DNA of 64,000 nucleotides, taken from positions 85,810,001 through 85,874,000 of the forward strand of contig NC_086108.1 of the NCBI RefSeq assembly GCF_963921235.1. The letters are read 5' to 3'. The notes under the pieces were generated by a model. The model was not told where the DNA came from, did no database searches, and saw nothing but the letters and a program-made list of their open reading frames with translations. Positions 11,700-24,559 of this stretch are shown in pieces; the stretch's first letter is position 1; each line of letters opens with the position of its first letter. Origin of the DNA: Mobula hypostoma (taxonomy: Eukaryota). The position numbers and the translations under genes were made by a program.

Positions 11700-13600
11700 T
11701 ATAAGGGAGTCTCCAGAAGTCACCTGGATATCCTGGTGCAGTAAGCCATTTTTGATGAACTCTGTCATGACTTGACTAACGCTGTCAAAATTTTTTGCTG
11801 GTATCTCACCAATAACAACTAAAAATTCTCCTCTTACATCAGGGATTGAGGCAAGGAACATTTCCATTTAAATATTTTACATGAATTCCCTAATGTTAGA
11901 AGTGACAGCTTTTGGGCATTAATTCTTCTGAAATCTGCCAGTGATGTCCTCTGTAAGGGAGTCATAATTTAAATTGAAAAGTTCCAACCTTTTCTTTAGG
12001 GACCAATGAGCAGTCTTCGCCTGGAATTATTTAGGTTCCTTTTCCAGCCAAATATGGTGCTAACTGGTGAGGTACCAGATGCTGCTGATGGCTTGAGATC
12101 ATGAAAAGTCACATGCTAGAAAAGACTTGCTCTGAATGTAATACAAGGCTGAGGTGCCCTTCAGCGGTAATTTAATTAGCTAACAAACTAAACCGGAATG
12201 AACAAAATTGTCCCGTTCCAATGTCATCCCTGGGGGAGCGAAAGAATATTGTTTGCTGTTGTTCAGCCTAAACCAAAATTTTTGACTTGAATATGGAACT
12301 TTGCAAGGAAAATTAATCAAATCTTCGGTCAGTGGAAAATTCAATTCTAACTCCCATTCTTCCAGATCTGAAGATGAAAAGTTGCTGATATTTTTAGCAA
12401 GTGGATTCTGCAGTGTTTTGTGTTGCTCTAGTTATAGCTGTGCTTCAATGGTTCCTACATAATCATCTGTAAGAAGAGCAGAAGGCCTATTTATAAATGC
12501 ATTCAGACACTTGCCAATTCACCATTGGACGTAATGACATGGAAAAGTGGTGTTCATGGTGTGAAAGCATTGAGCTGCCTGAGTCAACTGCTCCACAAAT
12601 CAGAAGATGGTGACATGCCTTTGGAACATGTCAGCTCATGTAATCCTGTCTCGCTGCTCTTTTATTGGAGGTCTCCTATATCACTTTTATGTTGATGTGG
12701 ATCAACACTGTTTGCTCAAGCTTTGTAAGGAACTTCATTCAGTCTCTAGCTTGCCAGCACTGCAATTTCTATTCTTGTAGGCCATTCCTTTCTATATCGG
12801 TGACTTGAGTAAGTATTATGCCAGCTGCAGATATTGCTGCATTAGCTTTTCTGACATGTTAAAATTAACTTTGTCCAGGTTTCCACTCCCCCTTGTAAAA
12901 CTTGAGGGAGTGGAACTTAAATTTGGTCCACCATATCCGTAATAATCAGTGGATACACGTCTGTATTAACCCCTTATTCCAACACTTGACCAGATAAATT
13001 TAAGTATTTAAGCCATCACTCTCCCAGCTGTCAGGTCGGCACTGCCATTGAGGAGATTTCCATGAAGAGTTATATTAGGAGTCCTGTTAAAATTACAGAA
13101 AACTGTTTAGTACTTCTGGGTACAGGGAAGATTCCTTCTGTCCAGCACTATAACAGATAATGGTGCAAAAGAACTTCATATGGAAATTAGGGATAAATCA
13201 ACTCCACTTCTTTATCCTCATCATTGAACAACTATGAAAGCAAAGAATTACTTCCTGTTAAAACACTCAATTTCAGCCTTTCCTCTTTCCCATGGAATGT
13301 TTCATATAAGCCACAAGGTTAGAAATGGTTGGGTTGGGACATTCATCCTTTTGAAATTCCCTATAGCCCCCTTTGTAACATTTGTAAAATTTCAGCCCAT
13401 TCTTTGTAAGGTTTCTGCTTTACATCAAATAGGTTTTTGTTCCGACCATGTCTGGCTGGTGATGTGCTTGATGTCTTTGAGGACCAGAGGTCATGAGAAC
13501 TCCTCAGGAAGGGAAACTTTGTCCTTTATTACGCTACTGGGCCTGTATTTTGCTCAGGCGTCCTAAAACTGGCATATAAAATTATGTCAAGAGAGAATCG
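11700..13600 (+). mobile_element. Very old, heavily decayed L1/Tx1-like ORF2 relic
   Basis: Collinear degenerate motifs across frameshifts: TGEVPDAADGL (~12062, cf. GKAPGPDG), LANKL (~12176), ISL-YVD (~12680, cf. ISLYADD), KINF (~12862), KFKYL-ITL (~12997), SPLCNICK (~13365), LSFITLL (~13520). Confidence 0.5.
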
Positions 13601-14074
13601 GACCTAGAAGAGACTTCCATTCTTTATATAATGTTGTGAAAGGAACAGCTGTGCATTAGATTCTGTAATTGTTTTTCCTCCAGATTTTATGGTAGAGGTC
13701 TGATCTATCACTGTTAGATTATTCATTTGTTCTTTGTTTTGCTAGATAAATTTGCTTAATATTATAATCTTAAAATGATGTCTGGGACATGGGATAAATT
13801 CCAGAAGGAAAAATAAAACAATCACAAGGCAGAGCTTTCTAATTTTGTTGCCATGGCATGTAATTGAAAACTTCCTTAGACTTATCTACCCTTGCAGTTA
13901 ATTTGGGCTCATCCATGCAAATTACTTCAGGCATGGTAGGCAAAATAATCAAGTCAAGTCAATTTAGAAGAAGAGGAGAAAATCTCAGGAACTTTACAAG
14001 CACAGTGCCTAGCAATAAAAACCATATTTTAATCACAGTACTCTCTTATGGTGACATTTTTACACAGCTAGAAG

Positions 14075-14420
14075 CCATAAGAAGTAGGAAGAGGAGAAGA
14101 CTATTCGGACTTTTGAACATGCTCTGCATGTCAATAAGATCATGGCTGATCCAACTTTCCTCAAGTCCACTATTTTGCTGGCTCCTCAAAACCCACAATT
14201 CTGTTATTTATTAAAAAAAAACAACCTATCTTGGCTTTGAATATAATCAAGAATTCAGCCTTCATCATTCCTTTCAACAGTTCCAAAGACTCTTAATCCT
14301 CTGAGAGAAAAGATTCTTCTTACATGTTTCATTCAATTCATCTCCCATTTTCCTAAACTCAAGACCTGCTTAATGAATCTTTTCACCCTAACTAATCTTC
14401 TCCATCTCCTGAATTATCTT
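14075..14420 (-). mobile_element. Old CR1 3' end
   Basis: 'cataagaagtaggaagaggag...aataagatcatggctgatc...ttggctttgaatata' is the reverse complement of a CR1 3' UTR. Confidence 0.65.
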
Positions 14421-14437
14421 ATAAACAATTTCCAATG

Positions 14438-15000
14438 AACTCAGTAGCCACTTTATTATGTATACCTGCTCGTTAATGTAAGTATTTAATCAGCCAATCA
14501 CATGGCAGCAACTCAATGCATAAAAGCATGAAGCCATGGTGAAGAGGTTTGGTTGTTGTTTAGATCTAACATCAGAATGGGAAAGAAATGTGATCTAAGT
14601 GAGTTTGATCGTGGATTGACTGTTGGTGCCAGATGGGTGGTTTGAAGATCTCAGAAAGTGCTGCTCTCCTGGGATTCTCATGCACAACAGTCTCAAGGGT
14701 TTACAGAAAATGGTGCAGAAAACAGAAAATGATCCAGTGAGTGGCCTTTCTGTGAGTAAAAATACCTTGTTAATGGAAGAGTTCAGAGAAGAATGGCTAT
14801 GCTGATTTAAGATTACAGGAAGGTAACAGTAACTTGAATAATCACGTGTTACAACAGTGGTGGGCGAAAGAGCATTTCAGAACACAAAACACATCGAACT
14901 TTGAAATGGATGGGCTGCAGAGGATCACGGACATACAGAAATCTACTCAGTAGCCTGTTTTTTAGATTGCTCCTGTACCTAAAAAAGTGGCCACTAAGTG
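14438..15000 (+). mobile_element. Internally deleted Tc1-like DNA transposon
   Basis: TIRs actcagtagccactttattatgta / tacctaaaaaagtggccactaagtg, followed by TA. Transposase N-terminus MGKKCDLSEFDRGLTVGAR at 14577 through SISEHKTHRTLKWMG. Confidence 0.88.
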
Positions 15001-15277
15001 TATATATTCTTGGAAATAAAGAGGCAAAACAGTTCACAATCATCTAGATACAGCCTATCTTATTTTTATACTCAAATGCTCCTGAAATAAAAGCCATCAT
15101 TCTATTAATTTTCATAATTACCTGCTACATATTTATCATATGCCAGCTTTCAGTGTTTCATGTGAGAACCTCCAAATCCCTTTGTTCTGCTGCTTTCTGT
15201 AATCTTTGTCTATTTAAATAATAGTCTGTTTTATTGCTTTTAAAAGTGAACAGTTTCATATCTTACTACAGCCACAA

Positions 15278-15440
15278 GACCATAAGATATAGGAGCACAA
15301 TTAGGCCGTTTCACCTATCAAGTCTGCCCTGCCAGTTCATCATGGCTGATCCAATTTTCCTCTTAGCTCCAATCTCCTGCCTTCTTCCTGTATCCCTCTG
15401 TGCCCTGACCAATGAAGAATCTATCAACCTCTGCCTTTTT
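15278..15440 (-). mobile_element. CR1 3' end
   Basis: 'gaccataagatataggagcacaattaggcc...catggctgatcc', same tail family as 33173. Confidence 0.75.
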
Positions 15441-15629
15441 CATTACTGTATTATATTCCAATATCTAAAACATTATCCTCTCACTTATCTACCAATCACT
15501 TTGGTAAATCTTTGTAACCTTTCAACAGCTTTACTTCCCTCTACTTGTCTATAATACAATTGCTTCTTTCTTCCATTGGAAATGTTGAAGTATGAAATAG
15601 GATTTATGTAGGATTAGTGTAAATGGAGC

Positions 15630-15952
15630 AACATACAAAAAAAAGTGCTGGAGGATCTCAGCAGGACAGGCAGCATCTATAGAGGAGAATAAACCGTGGA
15701 CATTTAGGGCTGAGACCCTTCATTATTACTAGAGAGGGAGGGGGAAGAAGCCAGAATCTGAAGGTGGCGGGAGGGGAAGGATTACAAGCTGGCAGGTGAC
15801 AGGTGAAACGAGGTGGGGGGGGGGAATGTGGGGAGGTCGGGGAAGGGAGATGAAGCTGGGATGTAAGAAGAAGTGAGTTGTTGCATGATCTGAGTTCTTC
15901 CAGCATTTTGTGTGTGTTGCTCTGGATTTCCAGCATCTCTAGAATCCCCTGT
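15630..15952. mobile_element. PLE terminal-repeat fold-back fragment
   Basis: 'gtgctggaggatctcagcagg...' is inverted against 'ctgagttcttccagcattttgtgtgtgttgct'. Confidence 0.7.
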
Positions 15953-16842
15953 GGTAGTCAAAATGGAAGCTTGTTGGTCAGCATAATCTCAGGTTCTGTT
16001 TATGTTCCGTATCATTGTAAATTATGAATATATATTGTAAATGGCCACTATCTCAGCAATGATACTTGTGGCACCTCAGTTATCATATTGAAAGTGCCCC
16101 CTTATCCTTACTGCTTCTTGCTTCAGACGATACAACAAGGGAGCAGAATTATGCCATTCGGCCCATTGATTCTATCTTGTCATTTGATCATGACTGATGT
16201 TCCCTCTTTATCCCATTTCCTGCCTATCCCCATAACCTTTTCCACCCTTACTTATCAAAAACATTAGCCTCTGCTTTAAGTATACCCCATGACTTGGCCT
16301 CCACCAGCATTAGTGGTAATAAATTCCACAGATTCACGACCCTCTGGTAAAGAAATTCTTCCTCACCTCTTTTCTAAAGGGATGTCCTTCTATTCTGAGG
16401 CTGTGCCCTCTAGTCCTAGACCTTCCCACTGTCGGTACGTACTCTCCACATCCACATCCCTTTCAATATTTGATAAGTTTCTATGAGGTTCCCCCTTATC
16501 CTTCTCAACTCCAGTGAATACAGTCCCAGAGCCATTAAGAGCTCATCATGTGTTAATGCTTTCATCTCCAGGGTCATTCTTGTGAACTTCTTCTGTACCC
16601 TCTCCAATACTAGCACGTCTTTTCTTAGATAAGGGGTCCAAAACTGCTCATGATACGCCAAGTGTGATCTTCAGGATTGTACCCTTGCCTTCACAGTCTT
16701 CTCAGAATGAATGCTAAAATTGCATTTGCCTTCCTAACCACTGACTCAACCTGCAAGTTAACCTTTAGGGAATCCAACACGAGAACTCCCAAATCCCTTT
16801 GCACATCTGATTTCTGAATCTGTTCTTAGTTAATCCCTCTTA

Positions 16843-18184
16843 TAGAACATAGAATAGTACAGTACATTACAGGCTCTTCGGCCCACAATGTTGTGCCGAC
16901 CCTCAAACCCGGCCTCCCATATAACCCACCCACCTTATATTCCTCCATATACCTGTCTAGTAGTCTCTTAAACTTCACTAGTATATCTGCCTCTACCACT
17001 GACTCAGGCAGTGCATTCCACGCACCAACCACTCTCTGAGTAAAAAAACCTTCCTCTGATATCCCCCTTGAACTTCCCACCCCTTACCTTAAAGCCATGT
17101 CCTCTTGTACTGAGCAGTGGTGCCCTGGGGAAGAGGCGTTGGCTATCCACTATATCTATTCCCCTTAATATCTTGTACACCTCCGTCATGTCTCCCCTCA
17201 TCCTCCGTCTCTCCAGAGAGTAAAGCCCTAGCTCCCTTAATCTCTGATCATAATCCATACTCTCTAAACTAGGCAGCATCCTGGTAGATCTCCTCTGTAC
17301 CCTTTCCAATGCTTCCACATCCTTCCTATAGTGAGGTGACCAGAACTGGACATAGCACTCCAAGCGTGGCCTAACCGGAGTTTTATAGAGCTTCATCATT
17401 ACATTGCTACTCTTAAACTCTATCGCTCGATTTATGAAAACTAACACCCCATAATTTTTCTTAACTACCCTATCTATCTGTGAGGCAACTTTCAGGGATC
17501 TGTGGACATGTACCCCTAGATCCCTCTGCTTCTCCACACTACCAAGTATCCTGCCATTTACTTTGTACTCTGCCTTGGAGTTTGTCCTTCCAAAGTGTAC
17601 CACCTCACACTTCTCCAGGTTGAACTCCATCTACCACTTCTCAGCCCACTTCTGCATCCTATCAATGTCTCTCTGCAATCTTCGACAATCCTCTACACTA
17701 TCTAAAACACCACCAACCTTTGTGTCGTCTGCAAACTTGCCAACCCACCCTTCTATCCCCACATCCAGGTCGTTAATAAAAATCATGAAGAATAGAGGTC
17801 CCAGAACAGATCCTTGTGGGACACCACTAGTCACAACCCTCCAATCTGAATGTACTCCCTCCACCACGGCCCTCTACCTTCTGCAGGTAAGTCAATTTTG
17901 AATCCACCTGGCCATACGTCCCTGGATCCCATGCCTTCTGACTTTCTGAATAAGCCTACCGTGTGGAACCTTGTCAAATACCTTACTAAAATCCATGTAG
18001 ATCACATCCACTGCACTACCCTCATCTATATACCTGGTCACCTCCTCGAAGAACTCTATCAGGCTTGTTAGACACGATCTGCCCTTCGCAAAGCCATGCT
18101 GACTCTCCCTGATCAGACCATGATTCTCTAAATACCCACAGATCCCATCTCTAAGAATCTTTTCCAACAGCTTTCCCACCACAG
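16843..18184 (-). mobile_element. Young CR1 LINE, 5'-truncated (1.34 kb), same family as 8497-11494
   Basis: Near-identical translation ([35 protein letters not shown]); tail 'atagaacatagaat'. Confidence 0.97.
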
Positions 18185-19204
18185 GCCTCTAACACAATGA
18201 GCTCTTGTCTTGTGAAGTACCTTTCTTTTGTGTTACACCTTGTTGAAAGCCTCTTGAAAGTATATTAAATCTGCTGATTATTCTCTATCCAATCTGGCTG
18301 ATACTTCCATAAAAAACGCGAAGATATGTGCTGGACAAGACTTCACTTTCATGAGGCACATTGATTCGTCTTGTTCAGATTAGGATTTTCCAAAATACCC
18401 CCCTAATCATTGATTGAACCTTATTCCAATAGTGGATTGTAAGCTGACCAATCTATAGTTATTAACTTTTTCTTTTCCATCCATTTTGAATAAGGTATCA
18501 GCTTGGCAACATTCCTCTCATTCATGAACTCTCATGAATCTGTGGTTTTTTGAAAAATTACAACCAATGCACCCAATATCTCTGTAGGCACTCCTAAGAT
18601 GCAAAGACTTATCAGCCATTAATCCTATTAATTTACCTAATATTTAATCTCCAGTGATGATGAAGCCATTTAACTTCTATACATTTTAAATACATTATTA
18701 ATTCCATTAATCCAGCACCCTTTGTGCACTGATGATGGTGGACTTGCAGATTTTCTGTTGCTCCTATTAATATCCCAACACACTTACAATTCACTGTTTT
18801 CTCAGATGTTACACAAGAGTGTAATATATTTTACAAGGAACCTAGTTAGTTTAAAAGGGGAACAGGAAGTGGGGTGGTGGGGAGTGTAAAGAAAGTGAGG
18901 AAAATGGAGCCCTGGTGAGATTAAAGGAAGTGTGCAAAACAGTATCTCATAGATGTAAAGGAACTGAAGGAATCAGAAGCTGGTGAGACAAATTCGAAAC
19001 CATTAGAGTTTCTAAATAACCAGACATCAGATTATCAGATTTCTATTGCAAAGGGCATTTTTGTGTGGTATCTTGTACCTTATGACTGTTGAAAAATAAT
19101 AGTTAACTCCTTTGTCATAACCTTCTTCCCATAATTATTTTCTAGTCTTATTCTTTAAAGAGCCCACCTTCATGTAATTGGAGAAGCTCCCATTGCCACT
19201 TAGC

Positions 19205-19302
19205 AATGCACGCAAAATGCTGGAGGAACTCAGTAGGCCATGCAGCATCTATGGAAAAGAGAGAACAGTCAATGTTTTGGGCCAAGACCCTTCATCAGGA
19301 CT
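19205..19302 (-). mobile_element. PLE terminal-repeat fragment with CpG-decayed hammerhead
   Basis: Minus strand agtc-CTGATGA-agggtcttggccc-AAAA-cattgact. Confidence 0.75.
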
Positions 19303-20421
19303 TCATTAGTGACTCATTGTCACTAATATTTTACATTAGCTTGTCTTAGTTTGTTTTCTCCCTCTTGATTTGCTTTTAGTTGTTTGCTGGATTCTGATTT
19401 TATCACAATCTTCATGCTTACCACTAACATTTGCCATTTTACTATATTATCTCTTTCAACCTAATAAGCTCCTTAACTTCCTTGTTGAATATCACCCCTC
19501 CCTTTAGAATCTTCCCTCATTGGGATATATTTTCGCTGGGAGTCATGAATTAGCTCCTTAAATATCTGCCATTGTTTGTCTGCTGTCTAATCCATCAGAC
19601 TATTTACCTGGTTCACTTTAGCTAACATTCTTCATTTCTCTGTAATTCCACTTATTTTAACAGTTGTTCCAGACCCAAGTTTCTCGCTCTAAAGCTGAAT
19701 GCTAAATTCTATCACAATCATCCACTCTGAGATCATTAATTAAAACTGTTTCATTACATATTACCAGATCCATAGCTTATTCTCTTATTTGGCTCTGTAC
19801 CATATTGCCCAGAAAACTACTCAAACTACAGTCTCTAAAGTTGTTCTCATGGATTTATACTCTACTACAACGTGGCTGCTGTTTGCAGGCCTTTACCACC
19901 AACCTTTACACCATCTTCTTTCCTTGCTCTTATTTGCTTATATTCAAAACTTCCTACACTTTTAATGGCTAGATAATTTCTCATATCTGTACTTATTTCA
20001 TCTTTGATTAGCCAACTTTTCTTTCTAACAGTCCTTTTTAAAAGTCAATTGTCCTGAGTACTGAGTTCCCATCTTTGATCTTCTTGTAACTATTGTATGT
20101 CTCTTCATCACTTTCAGATCATTCCTCTTTATCTCTAGTTATGCTATTTGTTCATTGATTTTGTTCTGAATGCTCTGTAGAGTTATAGAGTTCTTAATGG
20201 AGATAATAAAGATATAGAGTTCTTAATTTACTCTTTTTGCCCCCTTTCCTTACATTAACCCTGTCTGTTAAATCATCATTAAATCATTTAGACAGCATTT
20301 TTTCAAAACTACAACCTCTGCCAGCTTTAAAGACAAGGCCAGCATCACCAATTGGAATTTAGCCTCAAAACTGCAAGCCACCCTGTCGTGTAAATATTAT
20401 GCCATTATTTACTAAACAAAT

Positions 20422-20643
20422 ACCCCTTTTGCCAATCACCTGTCCAGCTCTTGGCTCCATCCCTCCCCCTCCTGTCTTCTCCTATCATTTTGGATCTCCC
20501 CCTCCCCCTCCCACTTTCAAATCTCTTACTAGCTCTTCCTTCAGTTAGTCCTGACGAAGGGTCTCAGCCTGAAACGTCGACTGTACCTCTTCTTAGAGAT
20601 ACTGCCTGACCTCCTGCGTTCGCCAGCAACTTTGATGTGTGTT
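20422..20643 (+). mobile_element. Young PLE (Neptune-type) 3' terminal repeat
   Basis: Highly similar to 44950-45168. Confidence 0.88.
20547..20582 (+). ncRNA. Minimal type-I hammerhead ribozyme motif
   Basis: agtc-CTGACGA-a-gggt(ctca)gcct-GAAAC-GTC-gact; stem I is agtc/gact. Confidence 0.7.
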
Positions 20644-20677
20644 ACTCCCACGAGACTATCAGTCCTAGTCCTCCATG

Positions 20678-20746
20678 AAAAAGCATTTCAGGATGTATAT
20701 TTCTTTGACATTAAACTTAACCTTTGAACCTTTGAACCTTTGAACC
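20678..20746 (+). mobile_element. Tail-only copy of the 1677/21636 non-autonomous family
   Basis: 'aagcatttcaggatgtatatttctttgacattaaa' followed by (tttgaacc)3. Confidence 0.65.
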
Positions 20747-21635
20747 ATGGGTGTAACTGGTTCTTCCCTTCCCCAGTCTCAATATCCTGTGAAGTTATTA
20801 CCTTTGAGCTCTTGCTTTTAAACTCATTTTCAAACTCTTATTGACTTGAATGGCTTTATCCTTTCCTCACCTACATATATTGTTCTCACCAAGTTGCATT
20901 ATGTTAACTAGCTATACAATCACTTATTAGAATGTCCTGCAGCCACTCTGTTACAGTCAGACCACAACACCAGGGAGGCAAGATGGAGTCGCGCCTCTCA
21001 CCAATGTTGATCGCTCAGTAGCTCTCCTTCCTTTTTCCTACTTGCCTGTGAACTTGAGCTACCATCGTGTCAAACACTTGGCTCTTGCTACATTTCATGA
21101 GAAGCCATTTCTTCCAATAGTAACAAATATGGTACCTCTGTTTGAGAGGGGCATAGCCAGTACCTGCTGCCTACTATGCTTCCATTCACTTTCCACCAGT
21201 GCAATATTAGCATGGGTATGACTTCCCTCTAAACGTGCTTAGAGAGGAACTTAGGTCTCAATGCAACTTGGTGATTCTAGCCTCAGCTCCAGCTCTAAAA
21301 CACAGTTGCAGTTGGAGGCATTTCCTCTGTTTGCTCTGTGGTTAACCATCTGAAAGCACAGAAGGCAGCAGGTAGAGTCTGCAGTTTTTCATATTCAGCA
21401 GGAGGAACGTTCCATGTAACTGAGTTGTACTACCCCTGAGTTCCCTAAATTAAAGAATGTAATTTACACTCCAGATCCTATTTCACTTTAGCACAACTTT
21501 ACCAGCTATTGACCTCACTATTATTTTTGCATTAACTATTGAACATTTTAATTATCAGAATCAGGTTTAATATCACTGACATGTATCATGGAATTTGTTG
21601 TTCTGTGGCAATGCAATATAAATATATAAATTCAT

Positions 21636-22329
21636 AGGCGAGGTGGGGTTACGATGGCACTCAATAATGACTCTGAGTTCATCTACAAAAGCAGCTTAAT
21701 TTCTACCTTTGATGTCTCTCTTTTTCCATTTCAAGGTGGATGGGGTTCTGTTGAAGACTCTGGCCTGGAGTTACACTCAGACTTCGGTTCTTTGCGGCAG
21801 TGGGATCTGGTCCTGAGGGCTCACAAATGGCTGCTTTTCAAATCCCAAGTGTCGCGGGAGAGAATGGAGTATCGGGAATGGTGATTCAGCTGTCAGAGGC
21901 TCTGTATTCAGTAAATCATGCTCTCTCTGTGTTGCCGATTCTCTGGTCAGAGAACTTGAAAAAAAAAAGAGTTGCTTTGATATGTCTCTCCCTTGCTGTG
22001 AAAGGGGATACCTCTTTTTCCCTTTGGTAGGGAGAGAACGGCATGTCAAATTGTCAGGTGAACAATTAGTTTGTGTTGTACTGCAGATCTTGTCTTTATT
22101 GGGGGCTTTGCTATTGCTTGCTTGGTGGGTGGAGAGCGCTGATGTTTCTTGCAGAAGTGGGTTGGGGTGGGAGACAGTTGTTGCTTTGCTGCAACTTGTG
22201 CATAGGAGGGGGGAGTAGGGGGTCTTTGGGGGTTCTAACTGCCACTCATTCTTATTCTGTCACTCATTCTCTTCTGTTTACGTAGATATCCGTGAAGAAC
22301 AAGAATTTCAGATGTATATTGCATACATT
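21636..22329 (+). mobile_element. Second copy of the ~0.7-0.8-kb non-autonomous retroelement
   Basis: Collinear with 1677-2466: 'tttcaagg...tgaagac..tg.cctggagtt...tc.gacttc.gttcttt', 'ttgtactgcagatcttgtctttattg' and 'aagaatttcagatgtatattg'. Confidence 0.75.
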
Positions 22330-23203
22330 TGTGAGGTCCTTTTGATGGATGCCGCCTTTTGGAGGCATCGCCTTTTGAAAATGTCCTCAATGTTGGGAAG
22401 GCTGGTACCCATGATGGATATGGCTGTGTTTACAACCATACGCTGCTTTTTCAGATCCTATGCAGTGGCCTCTCCATACCAGAGGGTGATGCAACCAGTT
22501 AGAATGCTGTCCATGGTACACCTGCAGAAATTTGTTAGAGTCTTTGGTGACATACCAAATCTCCTCAAACTCCTAATGAAATATGGCTGCTGTCATGTCT
22601 TCTTCATAACTGGATCAATATGTTGGGCCCAGGATACATCTTCAGAGACGTTGACACCCAGGAGCTTGAAACTGTTCAGCTTTTCCACTGCTCACCCCCA
22701 AATGAGGAGTGATATCTTGAATTCCCCTTCCTGAAGTCCACAACTAATTCCTTGCACTTACTGATGGGGAGTGCAAGTCTGTTATTGTGAGTGACCTGAT
22801 CCTGCCGTCTCCCTTACCCAATGTTGCTTTTTACATCCTGTTGTCAGAATCAGGTTTATTATCACAGAGCTATGTTGTGAAATTATTTGTTTTACAGTGC
22901 AATCCATAAAAAATTACTACGTTACAATACGAAGTATACAACAAATATATAGTGCAAAAAGAGAGCAAAATATCAAGTAGTTTTGAAAGGTTCATGGATC
23001 ATTCAGAACTCTGATAGCAGAAGGAAAGAAGCATTCAGTATGTATCCTTAGACTCCTGTACCTGCTCCCTAGCAGCAGTGATGAGAAGAGGGCATGTCTT
23101 GGATGGTGATAATCCTTGGCGATGGATGTCACATTCCTGAAGCACTGACCTTTGAAGATATATACTCAATGGTAGGGAGACTATTGCCCATGATGGAGCT
23201 GCA

Positions 23204-23831
23204 GTGTGTATTTAATATTTCAGTAATATTTAAGTAATATTGCAAATATATTGTTTCATTAAGCATTCTTGTTTATTTAACCCTTACATACTGTTTGGGT
23301 CAAATTTGATTTGACCCGTTTTGACATTTGACAGCAGTAAAAACACCCTAAATGCTATTTTTTCTCAAGTCGAAATTTGATGACTTTTCCTAAAGTGACC
23401 CAAAGTGCGCAAAAATGAAAATATTTAAAAATTTTATATTTTTGTACAAGTGCTACAAATTTTTGTACATTGAGGCTGTTCCGGGTCAAATTTGACCTGT
23501 ATCTATTGACATGGATTTTAGATCTCTGAAACATTAATTAAGGATTAATCACCCATTTATTAATGTCAGATAGGCTATTTATACATTTTAAATGGATAAA
23601 AATTGACCCGGACCATACTGTGAAGGTATAGAATATGAACAGGTTGCCTGGGTTAAATCATTAATTATGGCTGATATGTAAAAGTATGTGAATGGCCTAC
23701 AGTAAATTATCACGCCACCACGTCATACTTGTACTCCTCGCTTAAAGTGAAAACGAAACTAAGATGCGTATCTCTCAGCCTCCCTTGTTTTTATTTTGAT
23801 TAGTTTTATCTTTTGGAGTTACAAAACAACA
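23204..23831. mobile_element. Probable solo LTR, itself interrupted by a piggyBac-type MITE
   Basis: AT-rich block interrupting Rex1, beginning 'tgtgtatttaatatt' and ending 'acaaaacaaca' (TG...CA). No clean TSD is readable. Confidence 0.5.
23281..23652. mobile_element. piggyBac-type MITE
   Basis: TTAA at 23277-23280 and 23653-23656; CCC...GGG termini; partial TIR ccc..ctgtt / aacag..ggg; repeated internal palindrome gggtcaaatttgacc. Confidence 0.75.
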
Positions 23832-24559
23832 TCTGAAACACTCTGCAGCTTTTTTAGTATGAGCTTCCATACTAGCTGGTGATGCAACCAGTAAGAATGC
23901 CCTTCACGATACATTTGTAGAAATTTGCTAGAGTCTTTGGTGAGATACCAAATCTGCTCAAGCTCCTAATGAAGTATAGCTGCAGATGTGCCTAATTCTT
24001 AATTGCATCAATATGTTGGGTCTAGGATAGATCCTTTGAGATGATGATGCCTCGGAGCTTGAAGCTCCAGACCTCACCTCTGGACTAGTGAAGACTTACT
24101 GTGCTGACTATTTACACTTCTCCAGTCATTCAATGCACAAAATGTGAAAAGAATGAAACGCATGATTTTCCCCATCTCCATCTCCCCTCTCCGCCCACTC
24201 AATTCTCTCATGAGGCAAATTTCACCACCTTGTATGGAGACAAACATTTTTGTTGTTCAGCTTTTCTGTTTAAACTCTCCAGCCCTCTGTTTCTTGTGTG
24301 TACACTTTTCTGCCCTTCTGTTCCGGCTTTTTAAAACTCCTGGGACCTCTCTTCTCAGTTTTTAAACTCTTTCATTGTGCATGAGCTCTCCGAGTTTCTG
24401 CTTTTTCTCTGTTTAAACTCTATTTCCACGGTATTTAGAACTTTCCCGTACTCAGTTTCTGCTGTTCTTAAGATGTTTTTACATTCATTCATCTTGGGGT
24501 TGAGCCCAACTTCTAAACATTATGCTGACAATATTAGAATTATCCAGATGAAATTGAAA

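Larger units (their letters stand above)
16128..21480 (-). mobile_element. Old, near full-length CR1 (or adjacent collinear pieces) hosting several nested insertions
   Basis: 3' UTR at 16130. EQFWTPYLRKDVLVLERVQKKFTRM (16416-16661). RT and APE relics at 18190-20350. ORF1 N-terminal Cys/leucine-zipper relic (SSC...RKCLQLQL...LELELRL) at ~21280-21420. Confidence 0.65.
22330..24095 (-). mobile_element. Two Rex1/Babar LINE 3' fragments (22330-22790 and 22845-24095); the second carries nested LTR and MITE insertions
   Basis: Minus strand SFKLLGV, SILTGCIT.WYG and ASIIKD motifs; tail 'cagaatcaggtttattatcac'. Confidence 0.85.

Noticed and set aside
11682..11867. Minus-strand 61-aa ORF that looked like a host exon or endogenous viral fragment
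   Set aside because: No recognisable motif; the opposite strand is better explained as a decayed L1-like ORF2.
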